NCBI GenBank assembly: GCA_023144675.1
Contig: JAGLFE010000124.1
Span: forward strand, 1-30,427
Length of the DNA: 30,427 nt
Direction: 5' to 3'
Origin: Thiomargarita sp.
GTDB lineage: Bacteria > Pseudomonadota > Gammaproteobacteria > Beggiatoales > Beggiatoaceae
This document shows, in pieces, positions 1 through 7,981 of the stretch. Both the position numbers and the translations under genes were made by a program. The number at the start of each line of letters is the position of its first letter. Positions within the stretch are counted from its first letter, which is position 1. Under the pieces are notes generated by a model. The model made no database searches. It was given only the letters and a program-made list of their open reading frames with translations, and was not told where the DNA came from.

Positions 1-1070
1 GTTTTAGATGTATCAGCGAGTCCCTGAGATAAACCAAATTCCGCCTTTAAAATATCATCAACCGCCCGCACAATAAAGTTCACAATTGGAGCTGGCGTGT
101 ACCAAACACCCCGTACTTTCCTCAATTTAGCATCATATTCCGCCAAAAAAGTCTCGTAAAAATGGATAATTGGATCTTCCATTTTAGTCGTTTTCCCATA
201 ATTACTCAAAATATCCAACACATTACAAGCCAAAAAAATTTCAGCCAAATCATCAACAATCCACTTAATACGGTCATCAATATCAGGTCCAGCAATATAA
301 CCAAACAGCTTCCGCAAAAATGGATTAGACTTGGGAATCAACTCAGCCGCTTCCTGCCGACTAAACGTATCCAAACTTGAATCATGCAACCGCGCTGCAA
401 ATAGTCCATAAGTAATAGTTTGCGCATAAACATCGGCAAAACTTTTGGGTGTAATATCATGTATCAAAATCTTTTTAAAAGCCGCCATTTGGTCCTTCAA
501 AGTGCTATTTTCATCATTATCCTCATCACTATTCAAAGACCGCTCAATCACATTAGCCAACAGACGCGCCTTTCCCGCCATCATCACCGCTAATTTTTTT
601 GGACTCGTAATGGTTTGTCCTACATAAATACAAAAGTCCTTAATTATATTTTCAAAGGATTCAAAGTTTTGAGGCAGAGCATTAATCCCATTTTTGGTAA
701 CTTCCGCAATCTCTATTTTGGTTACAAATTTACCATCACGATATAGGTGAAAATTAAGGTAATCGGTGAAAATTAAATTGTGCAAAGATGCTTTATAACG
801 ATCAAATTGCTCTTTATTTCCCGCCTTCTTTTTCCCTTCAAGGTCTTTGTTCCCAATATCTTTTGCCTCAATAAACCCAACAGGAATCTCATTTTTAGTC
901 AAAATATAATCAGGCGCACCACAAGCTTGCCTTTTAGGCTCATTAGTCGCCCTAATTTCAGGCATCAAACTTTCTAAAAGCTGCTGCAAATCGCCGCGAA
1001 AACTATGCTCGGTCGCATTTCCAAGTTTATAGCGTTGATTTATGGTATTGATATATTCTTCTAGTGTCAT
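1..1070 (-). CDS. Fused restriction endonuclease / N6-adenine methyltransferase (Type IIG/IIL-like, often annotated type ISP); 5' part only, runs off the left edge
   Basis: Hand translation from ATG at 1070 is open to the window edge: MTLEEYINTINQRYKLGNATEHSFRGDLQ...CGAPDYIL...GFIEAKDIG (PD-(D/E)XK motif)...YAQTITYGLFAAR...DPIIHFYETFLAEYDAKLRKVRGVWYTP (MTase motif X region). Not in the ORF track because it is truncated. Confidence 0.85.
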   Translation of the reverse strand, partial: MTLEEYINTINQRYKLGNATEHSFRGDLQQLLESLMPEIRATNEPKRQACGAPDYILTKNEIPVGFIEAKDIGNKDLEGKKKAGNKEQFDRYKASLHNLIFTDYLNFHLYRDGKFVTKIEIAEVTKNGINALPQNFESFENIIKDFCIYVGQTITSPKKLAVMMAGKARLLANVIERSLNSDEDNDENSTLKDQMAAFKKILIHDITPKSFADVYAQTITYGLFAARLHDSSLDTFSRQEAAELIPKSNPFLRKLFGYIAGPDIDDRIKWIVDDLAEIFLACNVLDILSNYGKTTKMEDPIIHFYETFLAEYDAKLRKVRGVWYTPAPIVNFIVRAVDDILKAEFGLSQGLADTSK

Positions 1071-1235
1071 TATTGATGAAATAGATTGAGTTGCCCTAAC
1101 TTGTTATTTTGGGTCGGAATAGCGATATTTTTTATTACAAATCAGATAATAAATATTTTTTTGTTCAACATCAGTATATGATAATTAAATAACCATCTAA
1201 AATTTAAATAATAAAGAAAATTCAATACCTTACAC

Positions 1236-2615
1236 TTATAATATTTCTAATTGCTCCCTCAATCGTTTTATTGCAATCCGTACTTGACTAGGTGCAGTTC
1301 CGCCAACATGGCAACGGGCATTGACCGACCCTTCTAAAGTTAATATTTTATAAACATCCTTTTCAATAACAGCAGAAAATGTTTGTAATATTTCTAATTT
1401 CAAATCTTCTAATTGGCAATTGGATTCAATACAATGTCGAACCGTTTTTCCCACAATTTCATGGGCATCTCGAAATGTAACATCTTTACGTACCAAATAA
1501 TCAGCCAAATCAGTTGCTGTCATAAAGCCCAATTGTGCCGCCTTGTACATAGATTCACGTTGCACTTTAATACCAGGCATCATATCAGTGAAAGCCCGCA
1601 AACAAGCTTTTAAATTATCTATTGTATCAAATAGCGGTTCTTTATCTTCTTGATTATCCTTATTATAAGCCAATGGTTGGGATTTCATCAAAGTTAATAA
1701 GCTGATTAAATGCCCATAAATTCGCCCAGTTTTACCCCGTACTAATTCAGGCACATCTGGATTTTTTTTCTGGGGCATAATCGAAGAACCCGTGCAAAAA
1801 GCATCACTTAATTCAATAAAATGAAATTGCGCTGATGACCAAAGTATTAATTCCTCTGAAAAACGGGACAAGTGCATCATCACCAGTGCAGCAAAATTGG
1901 CAAATTCAATTACAAAATCCCGATCACTGACAGCATCTAAAGAATTGCCAGCTACTTCAGTAAAATCTAGTAAATTGGCAGTATAATGGCGATCAATTGG
2001 ATAAGTTGTACCCGCTAAAGCTGCCGCACCTAATGGCATGATGTTTACTCGTTGACGGCAATCTTGCAAGCGAGATTTATCCCGCAATAGCATTTCGCAC
2101 CAAGCTAATAAGTGATGCCCGAAAGTAATTGGTTGCGCACTTTGTAAATGGGTAAAGCCAGGCATGATTGTTTCTGCTTCTCGTTCGGCAACCGCAATTA
2201 ATACGCTTATCAATTGAGTTAAATATTGTTGGATAAAATCAATTTCATGGCGTAAATATAAACGAATATCGGTAGCTACTTGATCATTCCTAGAACGCCC
2301 GGTATGTAGTTTTTTGCCAGTAATGCCAATTTTTTCAGTCAACCGCGCTTCAATATTCATGTGAACATCTTCTAATGCAATTGACCAGTTAAATTTACCC
2401 TGTTCAATTTCTTGCTTGATGTCATTTAAACCAGTTACAATCTCCGTCAATTCTTGCTCGGTTAACACGCCAATATGCGCTAACATCTGTGCATGAGCAA
2501 TTGATCCCATAATATCGAAAGAATATAATCGTTGATCAAATTCAACTGAGGCGGTAAAAGTTTCTACAAAGGCATCAGTCGGTACGGTAAAACGCCCACT
2601 CCAAAGTTTATTCAT
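1236..2615 (-). CDS. argH: Argininosuccinate lyase
   Basis: 459 aa; LWSGRF N-terminus, [17 protein letters not shown] and the fumarate-lyase signature [11 protein letters not shown]. Confidence 0.98.
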   Translation of the reverse strand: MNKLWSGRFTVPTDAFVETFTASVEFDQRLYSFDIMGSIAHAQMLAHIGVLTEQELTEIVTGLNDIKQEIEQGKFNWSIALEDVHMNIEARLTEKIGITGKKLHTGRSRNDQVATDIRLYLRHEIDFIQQYLTQLISVLIAVAEREAETIMPGFTHLQSAQPITFGHHLLAWCEMLLRDKSRLQDCRQRVNIMPLGAAALAGTTYPIDRHYTANLLDFTEVAGNSLDAVSDRDFVIEFANFAALVMMHLSRFSEELILWSSAQFHFIELSDAFCTGSSIMPQKKNPDVPELVRGKTGRIYGHLISLLTLMKSQPLAYNKDNQEDKEPLFDTIDNLKACLRAFTDMMPGIKVQRESMYKAAQLGFMTATDLADYLVRKDVTFRDAHEIVGKTVRHCIESNCQLEDLKLEILQTFSAVIEKDVYKILTLEGSVNARCHVGGTAPSQVRIAIKRLREQLEIL

Positions 2616-2655
2616 GTTTTTATATTTAATTTAAATTATTAAATCAATCTATATT

Positions 2656-3204
2656 TTATTGATGTTTTTGTTTATAAGTTTTTAACCAACGTAATACCCT
2701 TTTAAGTCCAAAATTTTCTTGCGCTTCACTTAAACTAGAATAAGAACGATTTTCAACAACTTTTGGGGCTGTTTTGGGACCGATACCAATTTTAAATGAA
2801 CATAATTCACTAATTGTTTTAGTATTAAGAAGAGTTAGGAAATCATCAATATCTTTTGGTTCTATGGTAATTTCATTTAATTTCGACAATGTACGTACTT
2901 GTTCAAATACTTTTTTTGATTCGGTAGGTTTAGAAGGGGAAATTAAAAATACCCATAGTTCTTTTAAACCCGCTAATTTTGCCGCTTCAAAAATATCTTC
3001 CCCACTTAATAAGCGATATTTATCGTCTTGCTCAGTTACATAAGCAACTGGTAAAACAAAATTGACTTGAGTATCTTTAAGATTTTCAGATATTTTACTA
3101 ATAACTTTGTTATTGGAAGCATTAGAATTTTCCTCTCCAATCTCTATTTGACCCATAGATAAGAGATAAGGTTGGGTTTTTATACTATCTCGAATTTTAC
3201 CCAT
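2656..3204 (-). CDS. ParB/Srx-like N-terminal domain protein with C-terminal helix-hairpin-helix; partner of the upstream REase-ParA
   Basis: Likely ATG at 3204 overlaps the upstream stop by 8 nt (182 aa). LPVAYVTEQDDKYRLLSGEDIFEAAKLAGLKELWVFLI resembles the ParB box region but without the RR motif; IGIGPKTAPKVVENR is HhH-like. Confidence 0.6.
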   Translation of the reverse strand: MGKIRDSIKTQPYLLSMGQIEIGEENSNASNNKVISKISENLKDTQVNFVLPVAYVTEQDDKYRLLSGEDIFEAAKLAGLKELWVFLISPSKPTESKKVFEQVRTLSKLNEITIEPKDIDDFLTLLNTKTISELCSFKIGIGPKTAPKVVENRSYSSLSEAQENFGLKRVLRWLKTYKQKHQ

Positions 3205-4492
3205 TTTTAGCCTCAAATTCATCAATCACTTCAACTAATTTGTCAGTTAAAAGTTCTATTGATTCTGCAACCTCTTTAGTAGTATCTCGACCATCTCTGA
3301 GTAATGAAATAGGAAGACGATCTCCAATAGCTTCTTTTACACCTACAACATTTTTTATTGCCTGGAAAATGGGAATATTTGGAAAGTAATCTTCAACAAG
3401 TTCTTTAACTGTTACATTTAGTTTTAGTTTACCAGTCATCATTGGTACAATGCCTAAAATATTTCCACGTTCTCCACTAGTATCTTCTTGTACTTCTCTA
3501 GCATTTTGAATAACATTTCTTATTCCATATACAGATAAATATTCCATTTGTGAAGGAATAATAAGATATCTAGCAGCGTATAAACCACTCCATGTTAATC
3601 TACTTTTTCCAGGAGCAGTATCAAAAATAACATATTGATAGTCTCCTGCTAGTTTTTCCAACCCTTTATTGAGATATTTCAATACTCTTGGGCTAGTCGG
3701 AAGACTTTCATCTGTTGTTTTATGACTAGCAGGTAGCACATCAACTCCAAACGAATTAGGAATGCGAGCAATGCAACTCTGATAATCTTTAATGTCTACA
3801 TCTCTATTTACAAATTTTATGAAATCTATAACTTCTAAACGCTCATCTAGGAACTTATATATTTCCTTTAGTTCTTCTATACTTGAAGCATTATTCATTT
3901 CCTCAGCCTTATTGACACCAATTGTCAAACTAGCATTTGCTTGGTCATCTAAATCAACTACCAAGACTTTATTACCTCTTTTGCTTAACTCGTAAGCAAT
4001 ATTAATGGCTAATGTTGTTTTACCAACACCGCCCTTAGAATTGTGAACTGCAATAGTACGCATTTTAACTCCTAAAGATGTTTTTATAAATTCAGCAATA
4101 GATTCTATATCAGTAATGTCCTTTATGTCAAACTGACTTTTTCGTTTAGTTTGTCCATTCTCAAAATGATAAATTTCTACTAAAAAAGGGTCTATTAAAA
4201 TTCCAATTTTAATTCCAGAATATCGTAGATATTTATCAAGTTGTTGCCGAGCAGTAGCATTATTTATACGGGTTTTTGCTGTTTTTACTTCAACTAAAAA
4301 TTTAATATTTTTGGAATAATCCTCTATAAAATAATCCACTTTATCTATTCTTGTGTTTGTTTTATACGGAACTTCAACTTTAAATTGTGGAATCTTTTTA
4401 GATTCAGAATATGGTGATACAAGATTTAATACTCTTTCAACTAAATGTAATTCCACATAACGTTCATTATTCCAATCTGAAGATAAATTCAA
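3197..4492 (-). CDS. Fusion of an HsdR_N-like PD-(D/E)XK nuclease domain and a ParA/Soj-family ATPase
   Basis: N-terminal about 140 aa: NERYVE...KVDY...LVEVK...QQLDKY (QxxxY motif). C-terminal: deviant Walker A KGGVGKTT, VLVVDLDDQAN, Walker B YVIFDTAPG. TTG start lies 1 nt after the upstream stop. Confidence 0.85.
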   Translation of the reverse strand: MNLSSDWNNERYVELHLVERVLNLVSPYSESKKIPQFKVEVPYKTNTRIDKVDYFIEDYSKNIKFLVEVKTAKTRINNATARQQLDKYLRYSGIKIGILIDPFLVEIYHFENGQTKRKSQFDIKDITDIESIAEFIKTSLGVKMRTIAVHNSKGGVGKTTLAINIAYELSKRGNKVLVVDLDDQANASLTIGVNKAEEMNNASSIEELKEIYKFLDERLEVIDFIKFVNRDVDIKDYQSCIARIPNSFGVDVLPASHKTTDESLPTSPRVLKYLNKGLEKLAGDYQYVIFDTAPGKSRLTWSGLYAARYLIIPSQMEYLSVYGIRNVIQNAREVQEDTSGERGNILGIVPMMTGKLKLNVTVKELVEDYFPNIPIFQAIKNVVGVKEAIGDRLPISLLRDGRDTTKEVAESIELLTDKLVEVIDEFEAKNG

Positions 4493-4493
4493 A

Positions 4494-4967
4494 TTATTTA
4501 CCTTTCATCAAACCAATTTCATCACTATATTCAAAAGGCAATTTTGGACCACCTTCTATTATATTTACGTTTCCCGATAATTTGTAATTAAATTTCTGAG
4601 TTAGAATATTGCTAAAACTACCCCAACCAAGAACATCCATTATATTACTACTGGTATCTAAATCAATAAAAGCTTCCCCATTAGCAGGAATAGTTATGGA
4701 TTTTTTCGTTTCCCCTTGGGTAAACACTTTATCATTCAGTTGGAGTTTATAATCCAAACTATTGATAGGTAAAGGAACTGGATTTGGATTTTCCAAACGC
4801 AATTGTAAAGAATAATCCTGTTGAGTTAAATTCATGTTTTTCACAGTAAGATTAGACAAGCTAACTTTTGGAGCCAATGGAGCTAATTGTTGTATCGGTA
4901 AATTACCATTACAAGCGGTTATTAGTAAGGCAATAACTAGGTATTGGATATGTTTGTATAGTTTCAT
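4494..4967 (-). CDS. LEA type 2 (WHy-domain) lipoprotein
   Basis: Lipobox LITAC; P.VSLSNL, LRLENPNPVPLPINSLDYKLQLN and LPFEY are typical of LEA_2. Confidence 0.85.
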   Translation of the reverse strand: MKLYKHIQYLVIALLITACNGNLPIQQLAPLAPKVSLSNLTVKNMNLTQQDYSLQLRLENPNPVPLPINSLDYKLQLNDKVFTQGETKKSITIPANGEAFIDLDTSSNIMDVLGWGSFSNILTQKFNYKLSGNVNIIEGGPKLPFEYSDEIGLMKGK

Positions 4968-5002
4968 AATTTTAATTGAAATATAGTTAAATTATTTATA
5001 AG

Positions 5003-5188
5003 TTAAAAAGCTATTGGTTGAGATTTTTTATTAGGTATCTCAATATATTTGAGACAAAAACCATATAATTCTGAGATTTCTTTAGCTGCGATATGAGATT
5101 TTGCTAAGTATTCATGAATTGATGTGCTTTCCTGAGACAATTTTATTTGAACTCGATGTCTTTCTTTCAATATTTCCGACTGGATCAT
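5003..5188 (-). CDS. Small putative antitoxin downstream of the PIN toxin
   Basis: 61 aa; ATGA overlap with the PIN gene stop. The role is inferred from coupling. Confidence 0.6.
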   Translation of the reverse strand: MIQSEILKERHRVQIKLSQESTSIHEYLAKSHIAAKEISELYGFCLKYIEIPNKKSQPIAF

Positions 5189-5658
5189 TCTTCATCCTCT
5201 TTAAATAATTCAAGTGGAGTAATAATTTCTGGTGTTGATAAACCAAGACGACCATTAATAACCTGAATATGTTTTCGTTTATTTGCATTAGCGAGATGAT
5301 TACAATTCCAAGTAAGAAGATAGTGAATATCGTAAAAGCTAGCATATGCAAGATGTACAGCATCACCTACGAGAGAACTTGGCATAATGTAATTAGAAAT
5401 ATAAAATTCAACAATCTGTTCAATATCATTATTCAACGGCAATAATGGAATATTTGAGATGAAATTTATAATTTCTTTTTTACGCAAATAATTTCCACTA
5501 TTTAATTCTTGAAATACAGCATCTGATATGAAAATATCATAACTGCTAGCCATTTCTGACCACCATTTTTTTGTAATTTCAATGAAAATTGCTATTGATT
5601 CACGTTGATCAAAGTAATAACTCGGAATACTAGAATCAAGATATACTTTTTCTTTCAT
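5185..5658 (-). CDS. PIN-domain (VapC-like) ribonuclease toxin
   Basis: 157 aa; VYLDSSIPS, GDAVHLAYA and LLTWNCNHLAN match the PIN-family acidic and conserved motifs. Confidence 0.85.
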   Translation of the reverse strand: MKEKVYLDSSIPSYYFDQRESIAIFIEITKKWWSEMASSYDIFISDAVFQELNSGNYLRKKEIINFISNIPLLPLNNDIEQIVEFYISNYIMPSSLVGDAVHLAYASFYDIHYLLTWNCNHLANANKRKHIQVINGRLGLSTPEIITPLELFKEDEE

Positions 5659-5699
5659 GGTTATTAAAGTTTATTTCAAATAACTCAGTATCTTTAACC

Positions 5700-6590
5700 T
5701 TAACTCAAACAAAGATTCAAAGCTTGTTCCCAATGAGGTAAATTGATTCCAAAAGTATTTACTAACTTTTTATTGGATAAAACTGAATAAGCGGGACGTT
5801 TTGCTGGAGTTGGATAGTCAACCGTTTTAATTGGTAACACTGTTGGTTGTTTATCAGATAATGCAACAATATTTTTAGCAAATTGATACCAACTGGTTTC
5901 GCCACCGCAAGTTATGTGATATAAACCTGCTAATTCTTCAATATTTGCTTGATAAAAAGGTGAATCCAATTTAGCAATAATATGAGAAGTTGCTTGAGCA
6001 ATCATACGACTCCAAGTAGGGCTACCAATTTGATCCGACACAACTTTTAATTCTTTTCTTTCTGTTGCTAAATGTTGCATGGTGAGTAAAAAATTTTTGC
6101 CGTGTAAACCATATACCCAAGCTGTCCGTAAAATCAAATATTTTCCACCAACCGCACTTACTGCCTGTTCACCAGCTAGTTTAGTTCGTCCATAAACACC
6201 AATTGGATTAACCGCATCTTCTTCCACATAAGCCCGATTTTGTTGTCCGTTAAATACATAATCAGTTGAATAATGAACCAATAAAGCATCTAATTCCAAA
6301 CAAACTTCAGCTAAAATACCAGGTGCAACTCCATTTATTTTATGAGCTAGTTCAGCTTCAGTTTCCGCTTTATCAACAGCCGTATAAGCCGCCGCATTGA
6401 TAATAATATTAGGTTTAATTTGTCTAATAACGCTACGAATACTATCGGGATTAGCTAAATCAATAGCATAATTAGCTAATTTTAGCTGTTGTCGGTCAGC
6501 ACCTATCATTTCACCTAATGGGGGCATACATTGGCATAATTCCCAACCAACTTGACCACTGGTACCAATAATTAATATTCTGTTGTGCAT
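5700..6590 (-). CDS. rfbD: dTDP-4-dehydrorhamnose reductase
   Basis: 296 aa; GTSGQVG Rossmann motif, NAAAYTAVDKAE, HYSTDYVF, YGRTK, DQIGSPT, TPAKRP.YS. Confidence 0.96.
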   Translation of the reverse strand: MHNRILIIGTSGQVGWELCQCMPPLGEMIGADRQQLKLANYAIDLANPDSIRSVIRQIKPNIIINAAAYTAVDKAETEAELAHKINGVAPGILAEVCLELDALLVHYSTDYVFNGQQNRAYVEEDAVNPIGVYGRTKLAGEQAVSAVGGKYLILRTAWVYGLHGKNFLLTMQHLATERKELKVVSDQIGSPTWSRMIAQATSHIIAKLDSPFYQANIEELAGLYHITCGGETSWYQFAKNIVALSDKQPTVLPIKTVDYPTPAKRPAYSVLSNKKLVNTFGINLPHWEQALNLCLS

Positions 6591-6894
6591 ATTTAATAAA
6601 AAACTGACATAAATTAAAGAAAATAATATTTTAATAGAATTAGATAGATAAAAAATTGGTAAGATTATACAAGCTTTGAATTATTTTTTAAACTGTTTAG
6701 AACAGATTAAGAGAGGAATTTTTTTAGGTTTAAAATCTTGTTAATCTATTATTAAATCCATTTCGTTTAAAATATTACAAAATATGGTATTAAAAGAGAT
6801 TGAAAAATAAAAATAATAACTCTTTTTTTAAAAGTAATAAAATAATAGCAAAGTAATTATTATTTAGATTTTTATTTAGCCATTACAAAAATTA

Positions 6895-6924
6895 ACTCCT
6901 AAAATAAAAATTATCTTCAGGAGT
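6895..6924 (-). terminator. Hairpin downstream of dsrE2, probable terminator
   Basis: ACTCCT...AGGAGT inverted repeat, extendable with G-U pairs, about 30 nt after the dsrE2 stop. Confidence 0.45.
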
Positions 6925-6952
6925 CAAAATATTTGATTTTACTAACTCTAAA

Positions 6953-7420
6953 TTAGATATATAAACAAATATCAGATTGTCCAGCAAATTCAAAGAAAGT
7001 AGCTGCACCACCATATTCAACTTCATCAATAAAATCTTTGGTATCAAATTCAAATAAATCAACTGTCATTTGACAAGCTACCATCCTTACTTCAGCTTCT
7101 ATGCAAAGATCACGTAGTTCTTCAACACTAGCTACCCCTTTTTTCTTCATGGTTTTTTTCATCATGCTAGACATCATTGCCTGCATACCTGGCAAGGTTT
7201 GCATAATTACCGGAATCGGCATTGGCATTGGCATAGCAGGATTACCTAAAGAGGTTACTTGCAAATTCAGCTTTTTCTTTAACACTTCTAAACCATAAAA
7301 AGTAAAGAAAATCTCGGTTTCATAACCTAAAGCAGCGGCTGTTGAAGCAAGAATAAAAGGTGGGTAAGCCCAATCGAGGCTTCCTTTTGTAGCAATAATT
7401 GCTAGTTTTTTTCCATCCAT
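6953..7420 (-). CDS. dsrE2: DsrE2-family sulfurtransferase (DsrE/DsrF/DrsH-like)
   Basis: KKLAIIATKGSLDWAYPPFILASTAAALG, FFTFYGL, and two Cys 10 residues apart ending in ACQMT. AGGAG lies 8 nt before ATG 7420, so the start is moved from 7429. Confidence 0.88.
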   Translation of the reverse strand: MDGKKLAIIATKGSLDWAYPPFILASTAAALGYETEIFFTFYGLEVLKKKLNLQVTSLGNPAMPMPMPIPVIMQTLPGMQAMMSSMMKKTMKKKGVASVEELRDLCIEAEVRMVACQMTVDLFEFDTKDFIDEVEYGGAATFFEFAGQSDICLYI

Positions 7421-7452
7421 ATAGTACACTCCTAATCTTTAAGTAAAATAAT

Positions 7453-7683
7453 TTATTTCTTTTTGATTAGAAATACGTATTTACCACCCTCTTCGGCTGA
7501 TTCTAATAATTCGTTGCCAGTTTGATTAGCAAAAGCTTCGAAATCTTTAACTGAACCAGGATCAGTAGCGATTATTCTTAAAACTTGACCGCTTTCCATG
7601 CCATTAAGTGTCTTTTTAGCACGCAAAATAGGTAAAGGGCAATTTAAACCTGAAGCATCTAATTCTTGATCAAAATTAGCCAT
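7453..7683 (-). CDS. tusA: Sulfur carrier protein TusA
   Basis: 76 aa; LDASGLNCPLP with Cys15, ATDPGSVKDF; AAGGAG RBS. Confidence 0.95.
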   Translation of the reverse strand: MANFDQELDASGLNCPLPILRAKKTLNGMESGQVLRIIATDPGSVKDFEAFANQTGNELLESAEEGGKYVFLIKKK

Positions 7684-7981
7684 ATTTTCTCCTTATGGAT
7701 ATTTCAAAATAATAATTTAATATAAATCTATATTTATTATAATTAATAACGCTAAAATATATAAATATTATTGAATTTAAAAATATAAATTTATACTATT
7801 AATATTAGCAAAAAATTTATTATATTATAATATTCTTTTTATTTACTAGATAAATTTATTATATTAATAATAGAAAATCAAATTTTTTCTTTGGCTAACA
7901 ATTTTTAATAAAATTTTTGAATTTAATCTGTAATGTTTAGCCATTTAATTTTTATTCCTTCATAAATAAATATATTTAAAT

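Noticed and set aside
162-977. Plus-strand ORFs 162-380, 445-627 and 780-977
   Set aside because: Antisense shadows of the minus-strand REase-MTase gene.
3197-4063. Calling the locus the chromosomal parAB
   Set aside because: The ParA carries a nuclease domain, the partner lacks the arginine patch and HTH, and there is no gidAB/oriC context or recognisable parS.
5700-6590. rfbD without rfbABC as a special system
   Set aside because: Dispersed rfb genes are common, and the rest may lie elsewhere in the genome.
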